DNA of 64,000 nt. Source: Kiritimatiellia bacterium (GTDB taxonomy: Bacteria > Verrucomicrobiota > Kiritimatiellia > RFP12 > JBMNHG01). Position numbers and translations under genes: made by a program. The stretch covers positions 948,654 to 1,012,653 of the forward strand of contig JBMNHG010000002.1 of the NCBI GenBank assembly GCA_050950285.1, in the 5' to 3' direction. Positions 10,301-19,535 of the stretch are shown one piece after another (within the stretch, counting starts at the first letter, position 1; each line of letters begins with the position of its first letter). The notes beneath the pieces were generated by a model. That model was given only the letters and a program-made list of their open reading frames with translations, was not told the origin of the DNA and ran no database searches.

Positions 10301-11427
10301 CCGGCTACATCACCGTCTATGGCTCGACGGTCTACATCGCGACGAATTCGATTCCGTCCTGTCCGTATGCGACGCCCGCAACCGCCGCCGCCGATGTCAC
10401 CGACGGCTTCGCCGCCGCAATCGCGGCAGTCGATGCGGGCGCAACGGCGATGACGGTCGAAATCTCCGAGGGCTCGTACGCGATCGGCGCACAGCTCGCC
10501 TTCACGCGTCCCATCCGCATGGTGGGCGTGGATGGACCGGAGGTGACGGAGATCGTGCAGACCGCAGGCGACTCCCGTCTCGTATTCCTGGACGATCCGG
10601 GCGCGATGCTCTCCGGCGTCACGCTTCGCAACGGCTTCCTCTTGAACGACCGTTACGGAGCAGGCGCGAGAGTGGAGCAGGGCGTCATCACAAACTGCGT
10701 CATCACCGGGTGCAACGGCGGCGGACACGCGAGGGGCTGCCTCTACGGCTCGCTCTACGTCGCGAACTCCGGCCTCGCTGTCGACACGCTCGTGATCAGC
10801 AACCGCTACGAATACAACGCCGCCGCAGTGTGGGTCGTCGGCGGGACGGTCGACCGCTGCGAAATCGCGTGGAACCGCAACTCCATGCAGCACCACTCCG
10901 GCGACGGCGGAGCAGGCGTCAGGATGTCCGGCGGCACCGTCCGCAACAGCCTTGTCCGTCACAACACCAGCATCTACCACAATGGCGGCGGCGCGCGCAT
11001 CTACGGGGGAACCTTTGAAAACTGCACGGTCGTGGACAACAACGTCGAGAAGCAGACCGATCCCGGATATGGCGGCGGCGTCTTCCAGCAGGGCGGAACC
11101 GTGCGCAACTGCATCGTCGTGCGCAACGAGGTCGGCGGTAATGCGAGCGATTATGTCGCCTCTGGAACGCCGGCATGCGAGCACAACTGCGCCCCCGAAC
11201 TCGCCGGGGCCGGGAACGGGAACATCGACGTCGCGCCGCTCTTCCGCGATGCGGAGAATGGCGACTACCGCATCCTTTCCGCCAGCCCGACCGCCGGCGC
11301 CGGCGCGAACCAGGCGTGGATGGCCTCCGCCCTGGATTTCGCCCGCCAGCCGCGGATCCTGGGCGGCCGCGTCGACATGGGCTGCTACGAGGCCGCCCCC
11401 GTCGGCACGCTGGTCCTCCTGCGCTGA
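7345..11427 (+). CDS. Large secreted protein: LamG/concanavalin-like domain, two PKD domains, two right-handed beta-helix modules, choice-of-anchor-Q-like segments, GTLVLLR tail
   Basis: AAGGAG RBS; signal peptide; GDIAEIIVYSRALS; WNFGDGS and WDFGDGS; GGGVFM repeats; DLDGNARV..DMGCYE. Confidence 0.88.
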   Translation: MSHVSRSSIIVSMGLLALAFPCAALAEEVPVKSGLAMWLAADHIENTADGESIATWTDLSGIGHDAVSISAGDSPVFKENQLNGKPVLRFDGQGDSMRVSGFASTTNMTIFTVVKASSYQSLLRWQGASGGFFVYHWNNLLISSSNGGTAEGPEAGLRTGLAQNRWNIGEAVIDTADTQTASTFTNGAPVATSVWRNNPNGGPDLYIGRYFQGSEFYNGDIAEIIVYSRALSTSERGLVGSYLQRKYALPGAYSSFLVSNSVNGNTDFIGASPAHIVDFPISPSFDEYQITFGAGSSADPAGWLEMPAAVGDLPAIAFTPPMVDGPITFRAWVRSSEDPVDSIVSMSYTIEYCTVPPVALAHDASLEIDPVNGTPVPASAIDEGSYDSASGIHSMWVTPASITAPGTVTLHVQNNAGITATTTAQIAPAFWCTFEAEGATSGAHSLEAAFNGIAYGSAAATATVFYAWNFGDGSPLVEGEGLTTVGHDFTEPGSYTVRLSVSNLLGNTANAVRTGYITVYGARLYADAESGTGSYPYATPGTASSDLQAVVSAAREIAATGLPGVIVEVAPGTYDLDAELLLDEPITVMGTGTREETLVRRAATAPDLVRVAHLTDTNAVLAGVTLCNGAMKQPPNTDQYTFGAGLCIEQGIVTNCVIRDNSGSTLHGGNYVRGAGVYLAGGELVDSLISGNGTNSNFQAGGGVFMVGGILRRCVVSQNSAGYSSTWQKGMDGGGGLYMSGGLAEGCLFTGNEVRNYDGGGVLMDGGELVNCTVSGNEVRSGGTATGAGVRRRHGGTVRSCIVYGNVNGSGLANNFVGSSATHSCAPELTSGTGNIAADPRFVDAANGDFHISAVSPCIDLAAATTATLDLDGNARVVDGDGDGVATPDMGCYEYFRPADVFGCSFVATNATAGIGSLDVSFAAVLYGSPAQTSSVSCTWDFGDGSPAAVGANLLSVDHSYTSIGQYDVTLTVENADDEPVTFFRPGYITVYGSTVYIATNSIPSCPYATPATAAADVTDGFAAAIAAVDAGATAMTVEISEGSYAIGAQLAFTRPIRMVGVDGPEVTEIVQTAGDSRLVFLDDPGAMLSGVTLRNGFLLNDRYGAGARVEQGVITNCVITGCNGGGHARGCLYGSLYVANSGLAVDTLVISNRYEYNAAAVWVVGGTVDRCEIAWNRNSMQHHSGDGGAGVRMSGGTVRNSLVRHNTSIYHNGGGARIYGGTFENCTVVDNNVEKQTDPGYGGGVFQQGGTVRNCIVVRNEVGGNASDYVASGTPACEHNCAPELAGAGNGNIDVAPLFRDAENGDYRILSASPTAGAGANQAWMASALDFARQPRILGGRVDMGCYEAAPVGTLVLLR

Positions 11428-11434
11428 TCCCCCC

Positions 11435-11451
11435 AAAAAACGGCACGCCGC
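11435..11451. repeat. Dispersed A-tract + CGGCGCGCCG palindrome (other copies 24574-24590, 35155-35172, 43052-43067)
   Basis: AAAAAACGGC(A/G)CGCCGC recurs in intergenic positions, mostly next to stop codons. Confidence 0.6.
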
Positions 11452-11547
11452 GACTTCATATACCCCCTCGCCTACCGTCCGGGGACGCTCTTCCTGTTGC
11501 GGTAGGCTTGGGCGGGGCACCCGCACTGCCCAAGCCCGTGAACCGTA

Positions 11548-12642
11548 TCACTGGAAAAGCGCTGCGGCGATGTCCGCAAGCACGTCGTCCGGCAATGACG
11601 CGAGGACGAGACGCGCGCCACCGAGGATGAAGACGGTACGCCCGGGGACGTCCTGCGCCTCGTCTTTCGGGAAGGGCAGGGCAAATGCGGGATGCTCGCC
11701 AACCGTCGCGTCCTGCGCCTCGCGGACTTCCTTGCGCACGCGCCCGAAGACGGCCGCGGCATCGGCCTCGTCCGCGAAGTCCACGATGGTCACGGCGTTG
11801 CCCCACGACTTCTCGAAGGGGCCGTCGACCCACGCCTTGGCATCGGCGCGCCCAAGGGAGTCGCGCGCAAAGTACTTGATCCGCGACAGGCGCGTCGGCT
11901 GCCGCTTCGCGCCCCAGTCCAGGAAGGCGCGGTATTCGCTTTCGGGGCACTGCATCCACCCCGCCATCACGTACTCTTCGCCATGGGCATCGGCAAGACA
12001 CGGCGGCACGGCCGGCGGCGGCGCGATGTCGGGGTCGCGATCGAGGATGGAGGTCTCGATGCGCCTGGCGCCGGGGCCAGGCACGATGCCATGGATGAGC
12101 CCGTTGCGGAAGGCGTCAAGCGCGAGCGACACGCCCTCCGGCGTCGTGCCGGACAGGCGCACCATAAGCGTCGAAAAGGGGTTGTCGAAGACATGGTCAT
12201 GGTAGAGGTACGGATTGAAGGAGACTTCGACGACGCCGATGTCGCCCTGGAAGCGTCCGAAGCCCAGGCTGTAGACTTCGCGCTTCCGTTCGTCGATGCC
12301 GAACACGAAGCCCTTCGTGCGCGCCATGACGGGATCGCCGGGAAGACCGACGAGCACGATGTGGTTGAATGCCTGCCGGAGCCAGGTCGTGTCGCGGCCG
12401 GGCTTCGGAGGGTTCGCGTGGAAATCGTCGGCGAGGATGGTCCCGGTCGTCCCCTGCGTCGCGGCGAGCGCCGACAAAAACGGCGCGCCGTCCGTTGCGA
12501 GCGAATCGCGCGCAAGGCGCACTTCGGCTGGCGCGTCGCTGGCGGCGTACAGCCAGATTTGCCTCTGCGGAATGTCGTCCTGCGCAAAGAGCGCGGCCGC
12601 GGCGAGGGCGGAAAGAGCCGTGATCCCGGATGGGTGTCTCAT
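11548..12642 (-). CDS. Hypothetical secreted protein
   Basis: Signal peptide MRHPSGITALSALAAAALFAQ; co-oriented directly downstream of the 1347-aa gene. Confidence 0.7.
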   Translation of the reverse strand: MRHPSGITALSALAAAALFAQDDIPQRQIWLYAASDAPAEVRLARDSLATDGAPFLSALAATQGTTGTILADDFHANPPKPGRDTTWLRQAFNHIVLVGLPGDPVMARTKGFVFGIDERKREVYSLGFGRFQGDIGVVEVSFNPYLYHDHVFDNPFSTLMVRLSGTTPEGVSLALDAFRNGLIHGIVPGPGARRIETSILDRDPDIAPPPAVPPCLADAHGEEYVMAGWMQCPESEYRAFLDWGAKRQPTRLSRIKYFARDSLGRADAKAWVDGPFEKSWGNAVTIVDFADEADAAAVFGRVRKEVREAQDATVGEHPAFALPFPKDEAQDVPGRTVFILGGARLVLASLPDDVLADIAAALFQ

Positions 12643-12659
12643 GATGGTTCGTCCAAATT

Positions 12660-15600
12660 CTACGGGCCCCGGCAAATCATCACGATGCGGCCGGAGGTCG
12701 CGGGGATGGGAAGGGCGACATGGAGCGTGCCGTCGCCGTCGCGGCGGGTTTCCAGCACGGCGCCGTCGTCGAGGGAGATCGCGCGGCTTGCCGCGGAGGA
12801 TCCCCCGTGGAAGAACCCCGGCTTGATCGCGATGCCGGCCGTGCCGCCTTCATCGCCTTCGCGGCAGACGGAAAGGAAGAGCGTGTCTTGAGAGACGAAC
12901 GGATACACCGCGATCCCGGGATCGACAAGGAGCGGATCGCCCGTGACGGCGTCGATGCGGGACTTGAGTTCCGCCGCGGCGAGCGCCGTGAGCGTCGAGG
13001 GCGCCTTGTGGTACACGACCAGTCCGCCGGCATCCCGTTTTGCGGTTCGATCTTCCGCGAAGAGTTCTTCCGCCCTTGGATTCGCAAGGGTGGGATGGGA
13101 ATCGCCGATCGCGACAAGCGTGGCGCCGCGGCCTTGCGCCGCGAGGGCGGCATCGAGCTCCCAGTCCTCCCAGTTCCAGGGGTCGGCGAGAAGCAGCGGC
13201 GTGCCGCCTTTCCATTCCTTCAGCGCGTCCGTCGATGTCACGAACGAAATCGGCAGGCCCTGCTTGGCGAGCCCCGTGTAGACGTCCCGGCAGAAGTCGA
13301 CGACATCGGTCTCGCCGTCCGCCGTGTGGATGCCGAAGGAGAGCCGCCCCATCGGCTTGCCCATGCGGCGTTCCTGTCCTCGCCACGAAACGACGATGCC
13401 GAAGCCCGCCGCCTCTTCGGGACGAAGCTGCGTCACGAGATTGTGCACGCGGCAGCGGATTTCATGGTCGCGCGCGGTGTAGCGCATCCCATGGTATCCC
13501 TGTCCGGTGAAGCCCGACGTGTGATAGGGCCAAAACCTGCCGTCGAGATCCACGCGGCCGAGGAAGTAGGTGGCGTACCACTGGCGACGCGCCACGTCGC
13601 TGTCGCCGTTCGATCCGAACCACCAGCGGTTCTGCTCGGAATTCACCCATCCCCATTCGTCGTATGCGCCGCTTTGGAGATTGGGGTTCGCGGCGATGAC
13701 GCCCATGCGCGAGCCCAGCGACCACCAGAGGTCCTGGTTGAAGAGTTCCCAGAAGAGGTCGGTGCCGACACCGATGTGCGTCTTCGCGAGGTCCGCGCCA
13801 AGCTGCCCTCCGACCAGCGGGAAGCTGCCGTGCGTGCGGACGAACATCCCGTATCCGTGCTCCTCGAAGATGCCCTGCGTGAGCAGGATTTCGTCGGCGT
13901 AGCGGCGCAGGTTGAAGATCTGCCAGCCATCGCCATGCCTTGTGCGGATCTCCTCGACGATCGCATCGCGGGAGCGCCCTTCGAGCCCCGGCCTGCCTTG
14001 CCCGCGGAGCCAGCGGTCGAAGTCGACGAAGACATCCCACGAGAAGCACGTCCCCGTGTTCACGCCGTTCCAGCGGTCCTCGAGCGAGAAGAGGATCCCC
14101 TTCGAGTCGCGCGGGAAGCGCACGTCGCCCGCCATCATGCGCCCGAGGTACGCTTTCGCGACCCACTCCCACGTGAATTCGCCGTTCGGGAAGCGGCGCC
14201 ACGGGTTGGTGTAGTGCGAGGCGGCGGTGCTGCTCGCGAACAGGCGCGCGGGATTTTCCCTGTTCCTCGTGCCGATTTCCATCAGGTCGAGCGAGTAGGC
14301 CCAAAGCTTGTCGTGCGCGCCGCCCCATCCCTGCGTCCACTTGCCCATGCCGAGCCCGAAGCTGTCGGAAGAGCGCCATCCGGGCGAACACAGCAGGCCG
14401 GCCTGCGGCCACCCGCCGGGAAGGGTCGGCGCAAGCTTCGTGCCTTCCTCGGGGATGAAGAAGACATCGAAGTCGCGCGTCGCGAGAACGGTTCCGCCCT
14501 CGCGCAGCGAGAAGTGGTAGCGCACGGGGCCGAAGTGTCCAAGCGGTTCCAGGTCGAGGCCGATCACGCGCTCCGCGCAAACGGGCAGTTCCCCCGCATC
14601 GATGGTGCGGCGCGTTACCTTGCCCGACGCGAGGTCGCGCCTTTCGATTTCAAGCGTCGCACGGGCGATGGGTTTCGCGCCGGCGAGGGCGCCGGCCCAT
14701 CCCCAGGCCTCCCATTCGACGAGCGAGCAGTTCGAATCGAAGCCGCGGTTGGGTTCGCGGCGCGCCGCCGGATCGAGGCCCGTGACATGCAGCTCGAGGG
14801 CTTGGACGGGCGCGGAAGGCGCATCGAAGACGCGCTCCCACGTCGCGCGCAATCCGCAGGTGCCCGCGAAGTCGGCTTCGCTGGCCGAAGCGAGGACGGC
14901 CCCGTCGCCCGCATCCGCCGCGGCCTTGCCGAGAATCTCGAAGTCGCGCGGGTTGTTGCGGGACCAGAAGCGGTATGTGCCGCCGCCGGTGAGACGCACC
15001 CCGGCAATGTGCACGGGCTCCCCCCATGAAAGCACGGCGCGCTGCTCGGCCGCGGAACGCGCGGCCCAGATCGCGTGGATCGGCACCTTGTCGCGCCCGG
15101 ACGCAATGCTCGCGGAACCATCGTTCAGTCCGGATGCCGTCGGGTTCCCGGGCCAGAGAAGGTCGGCCGCCGTCGCGAGAGGCGCGATGTTGGCGAAGTG
15201 GTTGCGCAGGCGCAGGCGCACTTTCGGCGCCGTATCCGGCCTGTACACGTAGCGGTACGAGAGGATGCCGTCGACATCCTCTCGCGGACGGGGCGCGGGG
15301 TCGAGTTCGTCGAGCGTGGACTCGTCCTCCTCGATGGCGATGGAAAAGGGCTCGCGAGCCGCATCCTTCGCCCACGCATCCGGCGCCACGTAGTCCATCG
15401 TGTCGCCTGCGGCCTTGGGTCCGAACGGGATCCTCGCGACGGCCGCCGCCCATTCCGCGTAGCGCGGGGAAGTGCGCGCCAGCGCATCCTCGAAGTCGCC
15501 GGCGAAAAGCACGATGCGCGTCTGGTCGACATCGGCATCGAGCAGCGCGGGAAGCGTCGACTCGTTCGCGCAACGCGCGAGGACGGACGTGCGCGGGAAG

Positions 15601-16703
15601 CGCCGGGGGTCGCGGAGGTAGTTTTCGGGCTCGTACGCGAGAAGCGGGCTCTCGATCGGCGCGCCGGGGAGGTGGAAGTCAAAGCGCGAACCAAAGGGGA
15701 TCGCGCCGTCGATGCCCTCCGTGACGATCTCGCAGGCGGTGCGGCGCAGGCGCGGCAGAAGCGACCATGTGTTGATGGGGAGCAACTCGCGCAGCGGCTT
15801 CGCGACCTCTCCGTTGACAAAGCTCGCGCCCAGGAAAAGCGGCACGCCGCTTTTTGCGTGGTCGGCGACGCGTTGCGCTTCTCTTTCGGGAAGAGCGAAA
15901 GAGCTCGCGTAGACGGCAGCGACCGCTTCGCCCTCGGCGGGCTCCAGCCCGACGCGGGCGTGGAGGCCGAGCTCGCGCCATGCGCCGATGAACGGGGCCG
16001 GTGGAAGGCCGTCGAAGCAGAGCACCACGTTCGCGGATGCCGTATCGGAAACGCCTTCGCCCTTTGCGATGCGCGCGACGGCGAAATCGCGGACCTCCAG
16101 GGTTTCGGGCGTCGCGTTTGCTTCCACGCGCACCCATGCGGAGAAGGCGATCGACTCGATGTGGTTCGCGCCGCCTGTCGGCCACACGCGGAAGCGCGCG
16201 TGCGGAAGGGATTCGCCGATGGAAATCCGGTCGCCGGCCATGTACGACGGCATGTGGGCCAGGAAGGTCGGACGGCAGAGGATCGGGAAGCGTGGGCGGT
16301 CGCGGCCATCGAGCGCGATCGTCATGTCGAGGCTGGCGATGCGGCTGCTGGACTGGACGCGCTGGACCGTGCCGAGCGCGGTGAAGTCTTCGGGTTCGGC
16401 ATCGGCGGAACGCGCAAGCACTTCGTTGATCGCGGCGACAACGGCGGAATCCGGGCCATAGCGGATTTCGAAGCGTGGCGCGCCATTCGCGACGCGTCCT
16501 TCCGACGTATCCGTGAAACGCCATGCCCCGGATTCGTCGATGAACCGGCCGCCCGAATTCGCGGGATCGTCCGTCATCGACACCGCAGGGGCATCCGCGA
16601 AGGGTTGTTCCAGTCTTTCGCCTGGCGCAAGCATCGCCGTTTGCGCGGCAAACGACGATGCGCATGCGAGGATGAACGCAGTGCAACGAACCGGGAGTTT
16701 CAT
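12660..16703 (-). CDS. Large secreted protein, probable uncharacterised glycoside hydrolase (discoidin-like domain, TIM-barrel-like and GATase/trimerisation-like regions)
   Basis: 1347-aa ORF with signal peptide; Trp/Gly-rich central region; located among GH16/GH5 genes. Family assignment is inference. Confidence 0.65.
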   Translation of the reverse strand: MKLPVRCTAFILACASSFAAQTAMLAPGERLEQPFADAPAVSMTDDPANSGGRFIDESGAWRFTDTSEGRVANGAPRFEIRYGPDSAVVAAINEVLARSADAEPEDFTALGTVQRVQSSSRIASLDMTIALDGRDRPRFPILCRPTFLAHMPSYMAGDRISIGESLPHARFRVWPTGGANHIESIAFSAWVRVEANATPETLEVRDFAVARIAKGEGVSDTASANVVLCFDGLPPAPFIGAWRELGLHARVGLEPAEGEAVAAVYASSFALPEREAQRVADHAKSGVPLFLGASFVNGEVAKPLRELLPINTWSLLPRLRRTACEIVTEGIDGAIPFGSRFDFHLPGAPIESPLLAYEPENYLRDPRRFPRTSVLARCANESTLPALLDADVDQTRIVLFAGDFEDALARTSPRYAEWAAAVARIPFGPKAAGDTMDYVAPDAWAKDAAREPFSIAIEEDESTLDELDPAPRPREDVDGILSYRYVYRPDTAPKVRLRLRNHFANIAPLATAADLLWPGNPTASGLNDGSASIASGRDKVPIHAIWAARSAAEQRAVLSWGEPVHIAGVRLTGGGTYRFWSRNNPRDFEILGKAAADAGDGAVLASASEADFAGTCGLRATWERVFDAPSAPVQALELHVTGLDPAARREPNRGFDSNCSLVEWEAWGWAGALAGAKPIARATLEIERRDLASGKVTRRTIDAGELPVCAERVIGLDLEPLGHFGPVRYHFSLREGGTVLATRDFDVFFIPEEGTKLAPTLPGGWPQAGLLCSPGWRSSDSFGLGMGKWTQGWGGAHDKLWAYSLDLMEIGTRNRENPARLFASSTAASHYTNPWRRFPNGEFTWEWVAKAYLGRMMAGDVRFPRDSKGILFSLEDRWNGVNTGTCFSWDVFVDFDRWLRGQGRPGLEGRSRDAIVEEIRTRHGDGWQIFNLRRYADEILLTQGIFEEHGYGMFVRTHGSFPLVGGQLGADLAKTHIGVGTDLFWELFNQDLWWSLGSRMGVIAANPNLQSGAYDEWGWVNSEQNRWWFGSNGDSDVARRQWYATYFLGRVDLDGRFWPYHTSGFTGQGYHGMRYTARDHEIRCRVHNLVTQLRPEEAAGFGIVVSWRGQERRMGKPMGRLSFGIHTADGETDVVDFCRDVYTGLAKQGLPISFVTSTDALKEWKGGTPLLLADPWNWEDWELDAALAAQGRGATLVAIGDSHPTLANPRAEELFAEDRTAKRDAGGLVVYHKAPSTLTALAAAELKSRIDAVTGDPLLVDPGIAVYPFVSQDTLFLSVCREGDEGGTAGIAIKPGFFHGGSSAASRAISLDDGAVLETRRDGDGTLHVALPIPATSGRIVMICRGP

Positions 16704-16766
16704 CGATCGAAGGCCTGTAGTCCCATCGTCGGGAAGAAAGGGAAAGGGCTGGCTTGCGATGTGCCC

Positions 16767-18740
16767 TTAGAACTGGCTTCGGGGCGCGCCGTCGTTCGGC
16801 TTGGGGCCGTCTTCCGGCGAGGCAAGGTCCGCACGCTGCCACACGCGGATGTAATCGACCACGAACTCGTCGGGAAGCTTCGAGGGGTCAAGCGGGGTGT
16901 TCGCCCAGCCGCCGGAGACCATGTAGAAAATCGGATACGACTGGACGCTGCAAATGCGATCGTCCTCCCAGCGGCCGATCTCCACGCCGTTGCCGTAGTA
17001 GACGGCCTCGCCGGGCAGCCAGAGCAAGCCGACGGTGATGAAGCCCTCCGAATCCGCCGGGACATAGGCGTTGCTCGTGCCCAGCGCCTTGTGTTCCTTG
17101 CCGTAGCCATCCCAATGGAAGGCGAAGTTGAAGCGGTACGGCCCCCAGGCGGTCAGGTGCTCCATGATGTCGAACTCCATCCCGCCATCGCTCGTGCTGG
17201 CGCGCTTCCACTGCGGATTGACCGTGTGGTCGGGATCGCCGCCGCGGTCGGGCATCATCCAGAATGCAGGCCAGAGGCCGGGGCAGGTCGGGAGCTTCAT
17301 GCGCGCCTCGAAATAGCCGTAGCGCTGCGTCCACTTGCCGTAGCTGTCGGCGAAACCGCAGGCGAAATCGGTCTTCGCGACGGGGCTTTCGTCCGCGGGG
17401 TCGTCGTTGTGGAACCCGGTCTTCCGCTCGTAGCGCAGGATCAGCTTGCCGTCCTTGACAATGGCGTTGTCCTTCGTGAAATGCGTGCGCTTGTCCCAGA
17501 AGTTGCTCGTGTAGATGTTCCAGAGCTCGAGGTTGATGGCATCGCCGTCGAACTCGTCCGCGAGCGTCAGCTTCCAATCGCCTTCGACGGGCGGACGCTT
17601 GCCGACCCAGGCGGGCGGAACGGCCGGGGTGGCCGCGGCCACGACGGAAACGACCTCCAGCTTGACGTCGCCCGCCGTTTCCGGGACGGACACGGTCACG
17701 CCGCTGGCGCGGTTGCTCTCGAACTTGGCGCCCGTGCCGGGCTTGCCGCCGCTGTACGCCTGGCTGGGATCCGAGACGCCCACCCACGGCCTGGCCGGCA
17801 CGAACGAGGCCGTCAGCGTCGTCTGCCCGCCGGGGGCGATCGGCTTGGCGGCGGCGGCGGAGTCCGTCGGCCCCGGCGGGCTGTCGACACGGATGCCGGG
17901 CGCGACCGGCGTCGTCCCTGCATTGCGGAGCGTCACCTTGACTTCGTGGAAAGCGCCCAGATGCCAGGCCCCCATGCCCGGCTTCACCGTCGCCGAGCCC
18001 GTCTTGCCGGCCGGCACGGAAACCTGCACCGTCCCGCGCGGGCTCCAGCCGACGGCGGCGGCGCCTTTGCCTTCGAGCTTGGGCTCGTGCTTGAGCTGCC
18101 GCCCGGCGCCGACGATCACGCCGCCCGGGGGCGTCTCGCGCACGTGGGCGGGATCGACCGGCGGCGTCTCGCCGGCCGGCCCGCCCGCCTGGATGTCCTC
18201 GACGCGGAACGAGCGCGCCTCGCCCGACTTGCCCACGAAGAACAGAATCCTCGCAATGGCGGCGGTGTTGAGCTTGTGGCCCGGCTTGAAGCCGTACTGA
18301 TAGCCAAAGATGACCTTGAGGAGCTTCGTCTCGCCGGGCTTCAGATAGACGGACTCCGTGTTCCACGGACTCTTGCGCCAGTCGCCGTCGTCGTCGACGC
18401 GCAGGCTCACGGAGACGTTCCTGTCGCCGATGTTCGTGACCTTGGCCTCGACGTGGCCCCACGGCGAGAGGTCCCACGTGCCGCCCGCCGCCGGCGCGAT
18501 GGCGAAGCCGGGATAGCCGGCGTCGCTCCCGGCGACGACGACGTCGATCCCGCCCGCGCGGGGCGTCGGCGCGACCGTTTCATGCACATCGACGAACTTC
18601 CCGGCGGAATGCGCGGGATTCTCGTTGTAAAGGAACTTCGGCGCTGCCGCCGGCGCGTTCTGCGCACGAGCCGAAAAACCGGTGACTGCCGCCAATGCCA
18701 GGACGGCGGCGCAGCGAGGGAAACGTGAAGGGATGGTCAT
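16767..18740 (-). CDS. Glycoside hydrolase family 16 with N-terminal carbohydrate-binding-like modules
   Basis: WKLTLADEFDG, YGYFEARMK, GLWPAFWMMP, catalytic EFDIME, FVVDYIRVWQ; signal peptide from ATG 18740. Confidence 0.92.
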   Translation of the reverse strand: MTIPSRFPRCAAVLALAAVTGFSARAQNAPAAAPKFLYNENPAHSAGKFVDVHETVAPTPRAGGIDVVVAGSDAGYPGFAIAPAAGGTWDLSPWGHVEAKVTNIGDRNVSVSLRVDDDGDWRKSPWNTESVYLKPGETKLLKVIFGYQYGFKPGHKLNTAAIARILFFVGKSGEARSFRVEDIQAGGPAGETPPVDPAHVRETPPGGVIVGAGRQLKHEPKLEGKGAAAVGWSPRGTVQVSVPAGKTGSATVKPGMGAWHLGAFHEVKVTLRNAGTTPVAPGIRVDSPPGPTDSAAAAKPIAPGGQTTLTASFVPARPWVGVSDPSQAYSGGKPGTGAKFESNRASGVTVSVPETAGDVKLEVVSVVAAATPAVPPAWVGKRPPVEGDWKLTLADEFDGDAINLELWNIYTSNFWDKRTHFTKDNAIVKDGKLILRYERKTGFHNDDPADESPVAKTDFACGFADSYGKWTQRYGYFEARMKLPTCPGLWPAFWMMPDRGGDPDHTVNPQWKRASTSDGGMEFDIMEHLTAWGPYRFNFAFHWDGYGKEHKALGTSNAYVPADSEGFITVGLLWLPGEAVYYGNGVEIGRWEDDRICSVQSYPIFYMVSGGWANTPLDPSKLPDEFVVDYIRVWQRADLASPEDGPKPNDGAPRSQF

Positions 18741-18751
18741 GGGTGGTGCAA

Positions 18752-18792
18752 TGATGGGTGATGGGTGATGGGTGATAGGTGGTGGGTGGGGT
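18752..18792. repeat. Short GATGGGT heptamer / G-run repeat upstream of the GH16 start
   Basis: GATGGGT GATGGGT GATGGGT GATAGGT GGTGGGTGGGG. Confidence 0.6.
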
Positions 18793-18835
18793 TCATGAAT
18801 CGCGGGACTGCAAGGCGGGGATCGGCCGGATGCTG

Positions 18836-19513
18836 CTAACCCGGCCACAAATAGCGCTGCGCGCGGGGATTTAGGCATTGGGAGCTGGAATTTGGAGTTG
18901 GGAAAGGGGCACGGACATTCCTGTCCGTGTCACGGGTTGGAAAACCCGTGCCCCTGTTTTGCAGTATGAAAGGGGCACGGACATTCCTGTCCGCGTCACG
19001 GGTTGGAAAACCCATGCCCCTGTTTTGCAGTATGAAAGGGGCACGGACATTCCTGTCCGTGTCACGGGTTGGAAAACCCGTGCCCCTGTTTTGCAGTATG
19101 AAAGGGGCACGGACATTCCTGTCCGTGTCATGGGTTGGAAAACCCGTGCCCCTGTTTTGCAGTATGAAAGGGGCACGGACATTCCTGTCCGCGTCACGGG
19201 TTGGAAAACCCGTGCTCCTGTTTTGCAGTATGAAAGGGGCACGGACATTCCTGTCCGTGTCACGGGTTGGAAAACCCGTGCTCCTGTTTTGCAGTATGAA
19301 AGAGGCACGGACATTCCTGTCCGCGTCACGGGTTGGAAAACCCGTGCTCCTGTTTTGCAGTATGAAAGGGGCACGGACATTCCTGTCCGTGTCACGGGTT
19401 GGAAAACCCGTGCCCCTGTATTGCAGTATGAAAGGGGCACGGACATTCCTGTCCGCGTCACGGGTTGGAAAACCCGTGCTCCTGTTTTGCAGTATGAATT
19501 GTGGCCGAGTTGG
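18836..19513. mobile_element. MITE family 1, copy A (expanded; contains the 9 x 66-bp array)
   Basis: Ends CTAACCCGGCCACAA / TTGTGGCCGAGTTGG; 678 bp = 150 bp + 8 x 66 bp relative to copy C. Confidence 0.85.
18903..19496. repeat. Tandem array, 9 units of 66 bp, each with two hairpins (REP-like doublet)
   Basis: Unit AAAGGGGCACGGACATTCCTGTCCG(T/C)GTCACGGGTTGGAAAACCCGTGC(C/T)CCTGTTTTGCAGTATG starting at 18903, 18969 ... 19431. Confidence 0.97.
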
Positions 19514-19535
19514 CAGTGATTTCAAGCGTCAAACC

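Noticed and set aside
18903..19496. CRISPR array
   Set aside because: Units are near-identical along their whole length with no unique spacers, and there are no cas genes in the window.
18836..19525. Repeat-protein ORFs (22-aa period) on both strands
   Set aside because: Open frames are a by-product of a 66-bp stop-poor DNA repeat; the same unit occurs singly in non-coding MITE copies.
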